DNA of 64,000 bases from Balanoglossus misakiensis (GCA_040954595.2 CM082597.2:9393778-9457777); one strand, 5' to 3'. Shown: positions 36,714 through 49,701, counted from the stretch's first letter. Numbers and translations: made by a program. Notes: generated by a model from the letters alone, not told the origin.

Positions 36714-39700
36714 CTTTGCTTCCACGCCTATGTCTGAAAGACAGGAATTTGTTCGAAAGGGCGGTTACTGCTTCGGATGTCTAAACATGGGGCACATCTC
36801 AAAGAACTGCAAATCCCGTGGCGTTTGTAAAAAATGCAGTAGGAAACATCCCACCAGTCTGCATTCCGACGAAAAAATTGTCCAGCCGAGGATGTTTAAC
36901 TCGTCCATGAACGAAACCATGAGCACTGTTCAGTCTCCAGTGCGAGACTACAGAAAAGAAACCACACCCGAAACGAAGAAAGCGGACTGCTATGGTGTGA
37001 CTTGCCCGCGAGGAAAGTCTATTTCATCGATGATCGTTCCAGTGTGGATTTCTGGATACGAAGAACCGAACAGAGAGATTCTAGTGTACGCGCTGTTGGA
37101 CACACAGTCAGATACTACTTTCGTGTTGGATCATGTCGCTGAACAGCTACACACAGCATCTGAGCCAGCAAACCTTCGTATGACAACCATGACAACGAGC
37201 AACAAGGTTGTTGCCTGTCACAAGTATCGCAAACTCAGAGTTCGCGGGTTTGACTGTGACAAAATAGTTCCGTTGCCCACTACGTATTCGCTTGATTACA
37301 TACCTGTGGAAAAATCGCACATACCCACTCGTGATATGGCCAATGGATGGCCTCATCTTAGAGAAATCGCTACTCGTATTCATCCTCAACAGAAATGTGA
37401 AGTTGATTGTCCCCAAGCCCTAGCACCTCGTAGCTGTGTCACAGGCAGTGGAAATCAGCCATTCGCAGTAGAGACAGACTTAGGATGGAGCATCGTCGGA
37501 CATCTTACACATCAAGAGAAAAGGGAAGATGTCTTCAGTTTTACCCATAGAGTACTTACAAAGGTGATACCAGACGGTCTACAACCAGGTGTAGACAGTC
37601 AGCAGAGACTTCGTATGGAAGAGTCTCATTCGTCGGCAGTTCGTTATGCCTTTAAGACCACAGCCAAGGAGCAAGTCCTCAACCCTTTGGACGTGGTGAG
37701 AATTCTCGAATCGGACTTCAACGAACAAAGAGTTGAAGAAACCGCCATGTCTCAGGACGACATTCGATTTTTGAAGATCATGGAAAATGGTATTTCGAAA
37801 GAACCAGATGGATTCTATACAATGCCACTTCCATTCAGACAAGATAGACCAGCGCTTCCAAACAACAGATGTATAGCGCAGCAGAGACTTCAGTACTTGA
37901 AAAGGCGCTTCAAGTCAAACCCAAAGTATCTGAACGACTACAGAAACTTCATGGAAGACATTATCGCGTCAGGAGATGCGGAACTGGTCGACGACAACAA
38001 TACACATGATGGATCGATGTGGTATATTCCACACCATGGGGTGTATCACCCTAAAAAACCAGACAAAATTCGTGTCGTGTTCGATTGTAGTGCAAGGTTC
38101 AAGGGAACGAGCCTCAACGATCATTTGTTGCAGGGACCGGATCAGATAAATTCCCTCATCGGTGTACTTTGTCGTTTTCGCAAAGAGAACATCGCAGTCA
38201 TGTGTGACATCGAGCGAATGTTCCACAGATTCAGAGTCAAGAAAGATGACAGAAACTATCTCCGATTCCTTTGGTGGAGAGATGGTAATGTCGACTCGGA
38301 ACCAGTTACTTACAGGATGAATGTTCACCTATTCGGCGCTGTGTCCTCGCCAGGATGCGCGAACTACGGACTTCGACAAGTGGCCAAAGACAACCCACAA
38401 CATGGAAAGAGTGCAGTAGATTTCGTCGCAAAGAATTTCTATGTTGACGATGGTCTCCATAGTCTCGAGACGGCATCAGAGGCTGTCCAACTTATACAGG
38501 ATGTTCGCAACCTTTGCGCAGAAGGAAATTTACGTCTGCACAAGTTCATATCGAATGACAGAACTACGATGGAATCTGTCCCTATTTCAGAGCGTGCCAA
38601 GAATGTCAAGGATTTGGATTTGTCGTTCAGTGAGCTACCTATCGAAAGAGCACTTGGAATCGAGTGGCGCGTTGAGTCAGACTCGTTCCATTTTTCGCCT
38701 ATCGTCAAGATGCACTCGCCTTCTCGCCGTGGAATACTTTCGGCAGTAGCATCTGTTTTCGATCCTCTCGGATTTCTCGCACCTTTCGTACTTCGAGGAA
38801 AACGGATCTTGCAAGAGATGTGCAAGAAAGGAACCGATTGGGATGATCCCTTGCCAGACGATTTACGTCCGAGGTGGGAATCATGGCTTGCTGAGTTGCC
38901 CAAGCTAGACGACTTGAAGATAAGAAGGTGCTTCAAGCCGCAACATTTCGGACCAGTGAAGAAAGTTGAGCTTCACCACTTCTCGGATGCCAGCCTGACA
39001 GGTTATGGGCAGTGTTCGTATATCAGACTAGTCGACAGTCTAGATAATATTCATTGTTCGCTCGTGATGGGAAAGGCTAGAGTCGCCCCTTTGAAACCCA
39101 TTACTGTTCCTCGATTGGAACTTCAAGCTGCTGTTGTCTCTATACAGGTCAGCAATCTACTGAACAAAGAGTTAGATTACCCAGTGATGGAGAACTTCTA
39201 CTGGACAGACTCGAAAGTGGTACTCGGCTACATAGGAAATGATGCTCGCCGCTTCCACATATATGTCGCGGATCGCATACAAAGAATTAAAGAATCATCT
39301 CAGCCAGAGCAGTGGCGCTATGTCCACACTGAGGAAAACCCTGCAGATCATGCATCTCGTGGACTCGGCGTTGATGGACTGATGAAGTCCAATTTGTTTA
39401 GAGGTCCTGCCTTTTTGTGGGACAAAGAGCTTCCTCTGTCCACTCAGGTAGACGCACAGGTGTCAGCAGATGACCCCGAGGTAAAGAATACCAGAACATT
39501 GATGACTTCCTCGACTGCAACGTCATCCATGTTACATCGTGTAGAGCGATTTTCGGATTGGAACAAGGTTGTAGGAGCATTCGCCACCTTGTATCGCTAT
39601 GTATCCGGGAAGGGAAAGCGAAAGGAAATCGCTTCCGGAGAAACAAGACAGAAAGCTACCATGGCCATCGTGGCATGGGCCCAACAGGAAGCTTTCAAAG

Positions 39701-41085
39701 AAGAAATAGAGTCATTGAAATGTCGCACCTCAGAAGACAGTGAACCCTCAATGGTGAAACGTAACAGTCACCTGTACCCATTGAACCCATACCTAGATGA
39801 TCAGCAGATACTCAGAGTTGGAGGCAGACTGAGTAGATCCTCCATGCCTGACTATGTCAAGCACCCTATTATTCTACCTCGAAAGAGTCACGTGACTACA
39901 CTGCTTATCAGATGGTATCATGAGCAAGTGGCCCACCAGGGACGTGGTATCACAGTGAACAAACTCAGATCGTGTGGATTCTGGATCATCAACTGCAACA
40001 CAGCAGTCGCTTCGTATATACACAAGTGCGTTCAGTGTAGGAAACTCAGAGGCAAGGCCAACACACAGAGAATGGCAGATTTGCCCAAAGATCGTCTCGA
40101 GCCATCGCCGCCATTTACCTATTGTGGAATGGACTGCTTTGGACCTTTCGTCGTGAAGGAACGCCGCAGTGATGTGAAACGATATGGTGTCATTTTCACT
40201 TGCCTAGCGCTTCGAGCCATACACATAGAGGTTGTCGAAGAAATGTCAACCGATGCATTTCTGAATTCGCTTCGCACATTCATCGCTATCAGAGGCCCCG
40301 TACGACACTTGCGTTGTGATCGGGGATCCAATTTCGTAGGAGCCAGGAATGAGCTTCAGCTTGGATTGCAAGCTCTTGACGAAGGAAGAATCAAAGATGT
40401 GTTGTCCAAACGACAGTGTGAATTTGTTTTCAATTCACCCTCCTCGAGTCATATGGGAGGCGTTTGGGAACGTCAAATACGGTCGGTCAGAAACGTTCTC
40501 GCAGGAATTCTGGAAAAGATGGGATCCAGATTGAACACTTCGTCTCTTCGTACTCTGATGTACGAAGCAATGGCGATCGTGAATAGTCGACCCTTATCAG
40601 CAGAAAACTTGAACGACCCTACTGGACCGATGCCTCTTACTCCAAATCAGCTGCTGACTATGAAATCGGATGTGATTTTGCCACCGCCAGGCAACTTCGT
40701 CAGAGAAGATCTGTATGCCAGGAAACGATGGCGTGCTGTTCAGTATCTTGCGAACGAGTTCTGGACAAGATGGCGTAAGGAATACTTACAGAATCTACAG
40801 GCCAGACAGAAGTGGCAGGAAACAAAGAGAAACCTTGAAGTTGGAGATATTGTACTTCTGAAGGAAGATGACACTGTGAGAAATCAGTGGAGACTTGCAA
40901 AAGTAATAGACACTTTGCGCGATGATGATTGTTTGATACGCAGAGTCACTATCCTTGTGGGTGATCCCAACCTCTCGAAACAAGGACAAGGTAAGAAAGT
41001 AGACAAGGCAACAATTTTAGAAAGGCCTATTCATAAGCTTGTTTTATTGGTAGAAAATCCCGAAGCAGAAAAAATGCTAAGGTAA
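36580..41085 (+). CDS. BEL/Pao Gag knuckles + protease, RT, RNase H, integrase
   Basis: CVFCKKTGH/CFGCLNMGH/CKKCSRKH, ALLDTQSDTTF, KIRVVFDCSA, FYVDD, HHFSDAS, PRLELQAA, GMDCFGP, CDRGSNF, GGVWERQIRSV. Confidence 0.95.
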   Translation: MKTPTSTRRRTPGARTLSTTAKPGAVNQSCVFCKKTGHAIQECYSFASTPMSERQEFVRKGGYCFGCLNMGHISKNCKSRGVCKKCSRKHPTSLHSDEKIVQPRMFNSSMNETMSTVQSPVRDYRKETTPETKKADCYGVTCPRGKSISSMIVPVWISGYEEPNREILVYALLDTQSDTTFVLDHVAEQLHTASEPANLRMTTMTTSNKVVACHKYRKLRVRGFDCDKIVPLPTTYSLDYIPVEKSHIPTRDMANGWPHLREIATRIHPQQKCEVDCPQALAPRSCVTGSGNQPFAVETDLGWSIVGHLTHQEKREDVFSFTHRVLTKVIPDGLQPGVDSQQRLRMEESHSSAVRYAFKTTAKEQVLNPLDVVRILESDFNEQRVEETAMSQDDIRFLKIMENGISKEPDGFYTMPLPFRQDRPALPNNRCIAQQRLQYLKRRFKSNPKYLNDYRNFMEDIIASGDAELVDDNNTHDGSMWYIPHHGVYHPKKPDKIRVVFDCSARFKGTSLNDHLLQGPDQINSLIGVLCRFRKENIAVMCDIERMFHRFRVKKDDRNYLRFLWWRDGNVDSEPVTYRMNVHLFGAVSSPGCANYGLRQVAKDNPQHGKSAVDFVAKNFYVDDGLHSLETASEAVQLIQDVRNLCAEGNLRLHKFISNDRTTMESVPISERAKNVKDLDLSFSELPIERALGIEWRVESDSFHFSPIVKMHSPSRRGILSAVASVFDPLGFLAPFVLRGKRILQEMCKKGTDWDDPLPDDLRPRWESWLAELPKLDDLKIRRCFKPQHFGPVKKVELHHFSDASLTGYGQCSYIRLVDSLDNIHCSLVMGKARVAPLKPITVPRLELQAAVVSIQVSNLLNKELDYPVMENFYWTDSKVVLGYIGNDARRFHIYVADRIQRIKESSQPEQWRYVHTEENPADHASRGLGVDGLMKSNLFRGPAFLWDKELPLSTQVDAQVSADDPEVKNTRTLMTSSTATSSMLHRVERFSDWNKVVGAFATLYRYVSGKGKRKEIASGETRQKATMAIVAWAQQEAFKEEIESLKCRTSEDSEPSMVKRNSHLYPLNPYLDDQQILRVGGRLSRSSMPDYVKHPIILPRKSHVTTLLIRWYHEQVAHQGRGITVNKLRSCGFWIINCNTAVASYIHKCVQCRKLRGKANTQRMADLPKDRLEPSPPFTYCGMDCFGPFVVKERRSDVKRYGVIFTCLALRAIHIEVVEEMSTDAFLNSLRTFIAIRGPVRHLRCDRGSNFVGARNELQLGLQALDEGRIKDVLSKRQCEFVFNSPSSSHMGGVWERQIRSVRNVLAGILEKMGSRLNTSSLRTLMYEAMAIVNSRPLSAENLNDPTGPMPLTPNQLLTMKSDVILPPPGNFVREDLYARKRWRAVQYLANEFWTRWRKEYLQNLQARQKWQETKRNLEVGDIVLLKEDDTVRNQWRLAKVIDTLRDDDCLIRRVTILVGDPNLSKQGQGKKVDKATILERPIHKLVLLVENPEAEKMLR

Positions 41086-41190
41086 GTTGTTCTCAGCGAC
41101 ACAGGGGAGAGCTGAGAAATAGCTTGGACGTATTTGGTAGTTGTTTTCAGTGTTTCGATTAGGTAAAATCAATGTGATTTTAGGGGGGAG

Positions 41191-42110
41191 TGTGGCTGAA
41201 GCCATGCAAAAACAAAGGAATTTCGTATTTTTAATTATGAGGGATATGCACGAACAGTTTGTTGCTTTAAAACCTTACTCCATAAAAATAGTTCCCTTTT
41301 TGTTACGAGTTTCGATGTTGTAGACTTTTAATTTTCACAGAGAAAGATGTTGTGACTTTATGTGTACCTTTGAAGGTCATTGTGAACACATCGACAAACC
41401 ATATTTCGCCCAAAAGTTTTACAAGTAGTCCATCTACGATTGTCATATCACTACACATTTTTTCCTCGTGTTTTCGACTTCGCTATGGGACGGTGAAGTA
41501 CACCCTCGTCTCTCGTTTCGCACCCTTCGATATTTCGTTCGTATTTCGAAACTTCCCGACCACAAGGCTTTACAAGTCGCCAGCGAGGTAATATATCTTT
41601 CGGTATTCTTACAGATATGAATTGTATTTCGTGAAACTTTATTGTAATTAGACTTTGACGAGTTGTCTGCATCTTGTACATCAGTCACGTACATCGAACT
41701 GTGTTGCTTGCACATATCTGTTTTCGATTGAAATCATTCTCGATTTTTGTATATGTAATTCTTTCGATTTGACATTTTTGTATTTGTATTTATGTTTCAG
41801 TTTTTACGGTCTTGGTCTATTCGAGACAAGGTCTATTACGGTCTAAGACTATTCGGTTTACTCGGTCTTTTCGTACCACGGTTTATTCGGTCTATTCGAA
41901 TCAGTCTCGGTCATTCTCGAGGTCTATTTGGCCTATTCGCATCGAGGTCTGCGCACATCTCGTCTTTCGAAGTCTTTCGACTATTGTGTACAGTCTCGTA
42001 CGGTCGCTTTCGGCGATCGCTCGATCGATTTATCGATAATAAACCGAAGACCCGTATATGGAAACTCGACTCTGACTTTTGAATATTACGGAAAGGCTTT
42101 GGCGGTCACA
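41191..42110 (+). repeat. 3' LTR of the BEL/Pao element
   Basis: Direct repeat of 33361-34280. Confidence 0.97.
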
Positions 42111-44867
42111 ACCCAAGTTGTCATCAGTATAACTTGCTCATAAAAGGTATTTTACAAAATCCCTTTTGTGATCTTTAGTAAAAAGTATGATGCCATAATG
42201 ACATAACTTGTCATCATAGTCACTAGTTGGTAGCAAAACAATTCCGCAGAGACGGCCAACAGCTCCATTTTCATAATGGTACTTGGAAGTATGACGTAAT
42301 GATGACGTAATTGATTACCATATCAATTTTTATAATAATTGGATACTTTACTTAATCAGCTCTCTGTTGATACCAAACACATCACAGTTTTCATCAGTAT
42401 AATTGCACAGAGACGTGTTTTTCAAAACCTCACATTTATAGGTGAACAGAGCACCATTTTCGCAAGGGTATTTTGACTTATGACGTCACTATGATGTTAT
42501 GATTTGTCATACCACGTTTATTTTGTAATTAATGGAAAGCTTGTTTATTAAGCTTTCTTTTGATACCAAATATATCCCAGTTGTTCTAGGTATACGTTCG
42601 GAGAGTCAGTAGTCAGAGTCAGTCTTAGACTAATTTACCCCCTACGTCAATTTATATGTACTTTTAGGGTTTCCTACATAAGTTACACACTATAATTTAG
42701 AAACCAATAACTCTAAAACGCCCCGGTGCCCAGATGGCAAACAAAGTGCATTTTACTCAGTACATGATAGGCTTTCAGAAAAACATATTGTCTCAAAGAT
42801 TCCCCCACTGGGGTGGGGGTCAGGTGGGAGAGGTAAACCTATACTGGCTCACAGTCTAAATAGCATTGTCATATACAGAGAATTACTGCACCAAATTTGA
42901 TGAAGCTATAGACCCTACAGATAGCGATCTGATGAGGATATGATGGTACTATGTGTGTTATGTCAATTATCTGCTCATTTGCATATTAAATGACATTTTC
43001 TAATTAGTTCTGTATTTCTTAAATTACTGCACCGAATTTGATGAAACTTGCTACAGATATTGATCTGACCAACATATGGCTGTGTTATGAGAAATTTAGC
43101 AATGACATGTTAATTGCATATTTAATGACTTTGCTCAATTAGCCTGATATGATCCCGGCCAGAGATCAAGCACCAAATCTGATGAATCTCGCCAGATATA
43201 TATTGTTTTCACATCTATTAAACTTACAGATTGTAATCAATATACTGTTCATTTGCATATTTCATTAACTTTTCTAATTAATGCTATATTTCTGACATAA
43301 ATGTACCGAATTTGATGGAACATGCTAGAAATATTGATACGACAGGGATCAGACTGCATTGTGAGACATTTAGCAGTGTCATGTTAATTAATGGATATTT
43401 TGCACTTTTAAGATGGGGCAACGGGATCTTTTTGCATGTTGCTATGGGTCGTTTTGGGACATTACACACCGATTTGGACTAAACCGTTTTCAGAGTCTAA
43501 CAAAAAGATACAGGTGCCCCATTTTTAATAATGAAGGTGTTTAATTATCTTTAAACATCAAGAGATACTGAGCCAGTTTTGATGAAACTCACCAGATGTA
43601 TTGTTTTCACACTTATTTATCGTATTAAACTTTATTCAGAGACACAGCATACAGTGCACATCCATCAACAATCAATAAAGTGGAGCAGATATCTATCTGA
43701 CGGATATCTGAATATATTGGGAGACATTTACTAGTGTCATGTTAATTAGTGATTGATTTAAATATTTAACAAATAAGTCCAATTGTATAGAGATCAGTTG
43801 CATTCAAAGAAAGTTGAATTTGGTGATATATGGGGCGGTTAACCAAAAAATTGTGCACTTTAGGTTAAAAGCATGAAACTTGGTACAGGTATGCATTGAA
43901 TCATGGTGGACATTTTCCAATATGGATCCAAAATGACAGCGCCCTCTAGTGACCAGAAACAGACATTCATACTTTAAAATTGTGCACAATTATGCCAAAA
44001 TTTGGGGTTTATCTGCCCCACTAATAATTTATTGATTAACTTTGCACATTTCCAGTCTTTATCTATACCCACATCAGTTCATATCTGATCTCTTCAAAGA
44101 TATGATTAGCCTAACCAGATATGACATTCCACTAGTGTTTCCAGCAACAAATTTGATCATCATGAAAGACACAAGATATATTTCTATTAAAAACTTTCCC
44201 AATGACATAAAATTCAGTCTGTTCATTCACTGGCCATTTACCAAAAGCAAAAACACTTGGTGTAAATGTCACATTAGAGGATTGAAAATACGCAAATACC
44301 GACGGAAGTGAAGCGATGGTATACCCTAGATCTGGTTTATGTATTTACAAAAATTTGGTTGACTGACAAGAATTTTTTCTTTTGACATTGGCCAATCTGG
44401 GCTTCACGTGTAACAGTGTTCCCAGCAGTTGAACATTCTGTCATCCATACTCACCAACATCAGAAAGTCAAGGAGTCCAAAAATTTTAGGGGATGTGGAT
44501 AATTACAACATGCATCTAATTGGGGCCATTGTTCTCTGTCTATCATCACCATCTTTACCATCCTATAAATGCTCTTCATTACATTACTTAGTTGTTCCCA
44601 CAATGACATGAACTGTTTCTGTTGAGCTAATGCAATCGTAAGCAGAGAAATCCAATTTTTTAAACAAGTGAAAGATTTATTAGGTAACTGCTTTGACTGA
44701 TTTAAACTGATTTTGGAGTGATTCTTCAGCAGTTTGAACTTGGTTGGCCTAAACATGTACATTGTTTGGTTTTAATACATGAGAAAACCTGAAAGTCTAC
44801 TCTAAAGTGTCTGAATTGACCCCCCTCCTAAAACAAAACAGCTCTAGGGATTTCCTTTGAAGCCAGC

Positions 44868-45260
44868 TAATTAGGGGACCAAGCGCCCTCAGGCGCTTGG
44901 TCCCCATCTGTTATTGCTGGAGTTTTTCTTCTTTCTTCTTGAGTCGTTTTTTTGCTCCCGTTTTTCTCAAAAATCCCTGGACCTACGCCTATGAAATTTG
45001 GCACAGTGGTTGGGGCCCATGAGTACTGGTGCACCTGCCCTTTGAATTTGTAATTAGTCACATGACTTGGTGGCTATAATCAAGCGAAATTTTCAAATTG
45101 ACCAAATTTGCACGTTAATGGGGGCATGTACATTCTTTTCGCGATTTTTGTAGACCATGTGGCCAAAATCCCCTGTGCCAAATTTCAAGGTCCTAGGCCA
45201 CGTCGATTTTGAGAAGAAGATTTCTGTAATATTTTTCGCATTTTTTGGTGGGCTGAGGAC
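44868..45260 (+). mobile_element. Non-autonomous repeat starting with a perfect hairpin (Helentron/DINE-like; right boundary uncertain)
   Basis: TTA GGGGACCAAGCGCC ctca GGCGCTTGGTCCCC (14-bp stem), followed by a pyrimidine tract and ATGAAATTTGGCACA motifs. Confidence 0.45.
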
Positions 45261-47460
45261 AAACACTGGGGCATCAGACTTTGACCGTCATTACGTAATG
45301 TTGTGGAGATCTCATTAGCAGGCTACTCACTTCTGGCGGGTTGCAGTAGTCCTTGGAAAATCGGCTGAAATACGTAAACAGACCAGTGATTATTTTCCAC
45401 GGAATGAATTTTGGGACAACACATTATCGGAGTTCAGGCTGAGTTAGGGCGTTTTATTGAATTATGCTGAGTTTGTTAGCTGTTGCCGTTCAAATGTGTC
45501 TACGCAGACCCGGCTACACTGGTTAACATTCAATGTAATGCGGCAGCGGACTTTGACCCTCAGTCGCTATAAATGTTGTGGGAGGTTTCATCATTAGTAT
45601 GGTAGTCACATGTAGTGGATAGTAGTTCGGGGAATTGGCCGAAATACGTAAGCAGACCAGTGATTTTCTTGCACGAAGGGAGTATGGTACCAGCAATAAT
45701 CAGAGATCAGGCTTCGGTGCCGTTCAAAAGTTCCTACTTCAGTCGTGACGTTGCAACTGGATGTTCAGTATGGGGGTTGGCCCGCAGGTGGCCGTGGGGG
45801 TTATCAGGTCGCCCGTAATGGCACGCAGCTTCAAGCAGCTGTATGGGACCAAAATAACACGCCCGATTCGGGGGTCACCTGTGACACCTGCGTAACTCAA
45901 TTATGTGCATGCGTAATTGTGGGGTCAATGAAAGGGATGCTAGCGTGGTATTTGTTGCACATGGATCAATATGAAGTCCGATTTTCCTGTCAAGTTGTGG
46001 GCGACATGTGACATTTCACCTACTTTTGCTTAGTGAGCAGTGTGCGAAATTAAGAGAAAAGAGCTTCAGGTCATAAGGACCTGCACCAAACCAAAGCTTC
46101 AGGTCCTTACAGAAAACAGCTGGTCCTTACAAAATGCCGTTGTTGACGACATGCATTACTATTACAGTCAACACTCTCTCCCTGAATAGTGAATACTACG
46201 TTTTTGAATGTAACACGAAAATATATAATTCTTTTCACCATATTGCTATAAAAGAGACTGCAACTAATCTTTAATAGTTCATGTCCTTTCATTAACAGAG
46301 TTCAGGGTTCGACACTGGGGTAAAAAGCCCACTATCCCCGGGACCAGTAAAATTGTTAATATAGTGGTCCTACAAACAAATTCTGGTCCCGTCGGAAATG
46401 GGAAAATAGCAGTGCTGTACTTCAATGTCTACTGATGGGATATATCTAAAATTTAATATTTGTTCTTGAAAAACGAATGAATGTACTGTATCATACACAA
46501 ATAAAAGGAGTGGCATTATTTTGGATATTTATCTCTACTGATTAAGTCTGCCAGCTTCGTGTTTTTGAGTAGTAAATCAAACTCCTGGAAAGTCTGAAAA
46601 CTCACTAGCAACCAACAGTCATACTCATACCCGAATAGATCGTACACGAATGACCAACCCATGTAATCTTCAAATGTTAAACGCTGTTAAAAATACATGC
46701 ACTCCTACTACTAGGTTTTGCGACTTGTTTGCGACATAGCGCCCTCTAGTGACAAAATTTGGAGAGCATAGTATTGTTTTGTACATGTGTCGCAAAATGG
46801 CATCTTTCTATATAGCGTAAGACCCCTCAGGCTGAGATGTTCAAAATGATCGCTCTACGTATGATTTGCTCAGCGATAATTCATCATCTTGTATTTTGGT
46901 GACAAATCTTGTGAGTTTATGTCCATGGTTTACGCAAACTTACTGCATTGACTGAGTGAATATTTTCCCAATTGATATTTCTCGATGCGATAGTTCAGAT
47001 TTTACACCATAAATATTGCGTGATCACGCCCGTAGCATTAGCGTATTACGGGTCATGTCATCGTCGCCACACGGGACGGTTACTGTACGAGTAAACATAC
47101 TTTTCGCGGGCGTCACCGTAAATAATGTGCGTATATGGGGTGAAAATACTGTTACAATTCACGATTTTTGCTGGACCAAAGATTACCCACAGTAACGAAA
47201 AAATATCATCGTGTGTATTCAAAAATCTAGCCGGTCACAAGGACCGATTATGTTGCTAAAACTTTCGGCCCAACCCGAAATCTGTCGGTCTCGGAGCGTC
47301 GGACCGACGTTAATTTCACCCCCCAAAAAAACAGACTGTTTCACGAGGCCGAAGTACCGAGGGGTGTAAGACGTATGCTGTTGCCCGAAAAGCCAGTCAA
47401 TATGTGTTTTGTAACACATCTTATCCACAGCTATGCCTTTATACAAGGGATTTCATTTAA

Positions 47461-47785
47461 GCGGCGCGAAACACTGATAAGAACTCCAATGTAAATAGCT
47501 AGAGTAAACTGAGATTGTTATGCTGAAGTGGGCATCTGGTTACGTTCGTTTTGATCATTAGAACTGTTTAGAGCAGTTCTGTATCAACACACTCTGGGGG
47601 GTGTCCTGCTTCGAACATGTCTAAAACACATGTGTACACTGAGAGGGGCAACACGACATGTTGATACAGAGCTATGTAATCAGTTATAATGATCATTGCA
47701 AATGTAACCAGATGCCAACGCATTCATAAAGTCTTTGTTTACTCTGGCTAATTATATTGGAGTTCTTATCAGTGTTTCGTGCCGC
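47461..47785. mobile_element. TTAA-flanked foldback MITE
   Basis: TTAA|GCGGCGCGAAACACTGATAAGAACTCCAAT...ATTGGAGTTCTTATCAGTGTTTCGTGCCGC|TTAA. Confidence 0.8.
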
Positions 47786-47959
47786 TTAAGTGATAGGCGT
47801 TGTAACTCATAATACACAAAGTGTATGGTGAAATTTCTCGACTATCGTTCCCCTCGGTCGCAGACGACATGTTTACTTTCCATTTCGCACACGAGCAATG
47901 TGTTGTTTTTGAATTGAGCGTGCATCATTTTTCAACTGATTACTGATGACGTCGTTTAA

Positions 47960-48692
47960 GGTGGCATTGCATGAAAACTTGTGATTTTTGCCAAATTTTA
48001 CTTTTTTACATAAATCGGTAGGCCTAATACTGACCCACACCCTGACTAATAGGTCTTGGCGGAAATGGTGCATAATCACTCCAAAATAGCACTTTTCTGA
48101 ATGAGTTCACAGCTTAACAAATAGGTGTCAACAATGCAAATGGCCGTTTTTCTCAGTTTGCATTTTCGCTGCTCTTGACAACTTCAGACAAAAATAGCTT
48201 CGCTCTGCGTTGGCCGAATTTGCTCAAATTTTAACTGGGGATTGTGTATGACATATCCAACAAAACGGTATTTTTGTTAGTCGATAAAGTGTCCCTGGCG
48301 GGAATAAACTCTGATTCAATACAACTCACCGTGAATTTGATCAAATTTTACTAAAAATCTAACTTTCAAACACTGTTACTCCACAATGGAAGCAGATAAC
48401 GCAAAACAAAATTACCGTTTTTTGCACGTGTACTCTAGTTTCGAATGACATATTAAGATGCATGATGCATGGTCAACTTTTTTACCTATTTTAAATTTCA
48501 TGACATAATATCAAAAAATGGGTTTTTTCACCCAAAATCGCCACCATTTCCGGGGATCAATAATATTTGCAACTCAAACAAAAGTTCAAAATCTCAGCTT
48601 CCAGAATATATATGGTTTATGGGGGTTTTAACGTTGTCTTTGATGAGAAATAGGCCTCTGAAAAAGTCTCGACGGTTTCATGCAATGCCACC
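47960..48692. mobile_element. Kolobok-like non-autonomous element
   Basis: TTAA|GGTGGCATTGCATGAAA...TTTCATGCAATGCCACC|TTAA. Confidence 0.8.
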
Positions 48693-48696
48693 TTAA

Positions 48697-49287
48697 AGCC
48701 CCAGTATTTCTCGTGTGTATCCATTTTTCATCATCGAAAAAAGCCCGTTTTTCCTGTACATTCGTCATGGAATACTACATAATGAAGATAGAAGAAAGGT
48801 TTGGGCAACTGCAGCTATGTGCAAGCTGTAAATATTGCCCGTAACACTTGAAATGATGCGCGGGTTTGTTTACAACGGAAATGTTGTACATCTCGATCAG
48901 CAAACGTGCCACTTTGACATTTGATGGTCAGACCATTTTCGGATTTGATCTGGTTCCATCGACTGATTTCTCCCATAAAGTTATCTTCCCAAAATTTCGC
49001 CGAATTAGTGCGCATTTCTTCGCTGAGTCGCTTGATTTGGGGCGACCAAACCTCTTCCGCATAGATTCACATTTGAGTGCGCATGCGCACTAGTCACGTG
49101 TGTCAACAGAGCCTGACTTTCTGTCCGGACAGAAAGTCATTCTTCACTCGTTATATTGTAAATTGCATGTGGTTATGAGCAGAGCTGGGGATGATGACTG
49201 TTCGATTCAGTATCAATTATCATCTACTTTTAGAAATTATAGATGCCTTTCAAACAAAATTTTGCCCCTACGAGAAATACTGAGGCT
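48697..49287. mobile_element. Kolobok-like non-autonomous element sharing a TTAA with the previous one
   Basis: TTAA|AGCCCCAGTATTTCTCGT...ACGAGAAATACTGAGGCT|TTAA. Confidence 0.78.
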
Positions 49288-49701
49288 TTAATATGGATGA
49301 GCACAAAAAGAATGTATACCATGTGACTATCGATTGACGAATCAGAACACAGACTGTGGTGAGGTGTGTTACAATTGTAACACACCTCACCACGTTCAAA
49401 ACAGTCTGTTTTGCGGGGTCACTAACAGTCCCTCGGGTTGTAGACGTACATGTATACTGTTACCCTCTCGGCCAGTCAACATGTGTATAATGTTGTATGC
49501 AGACTACTGCTGTACAGTGTTCTTTGGAAAAGCGTCACAGGATTAGTCACACGATAATGTGACAAATAAATACAAGTGGCTGAGCACACGCAAAAGAATA
49601 TATGCAAAGTTCTATGGCTGTTTTTCTCACATGGTGTCTGTTTATTTCATTGTGTCTTCAAATTCTTGGCTTCACCTATTAGCCAATCAGAAGGACTATT
49701 A

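Larger units (their letters stand above)
33361..42110 (+). mobile_element. BEL/Pao LTR retrotransposon, full length and very young
   Basis: 920-bp TG..CA LTRs, 5-bp TSD ACCCA, PPT TAGGGGGGAG before the 3' LTR, and gag-PR-RT-RH-IN order with Pao motifs. Confidence 0.97.
25065..42858 (+). mobile_element. Academ (AcademX-type) DNA transposon, decayed, with nested insertions
   Basis: ~570-bp TIRs (25065-~25630 and ~42290-42858) with TAG...CTA termini and a 3-bp TSD AAT/AAT. Internal transposase and XPG-like fragments. Confidence 0.88.

Noticed and set aside
36128-40989. Antisense ORFs over the BEL pol
   Set aside because: Shadow ORFs of a long coding region with no independent motifs.
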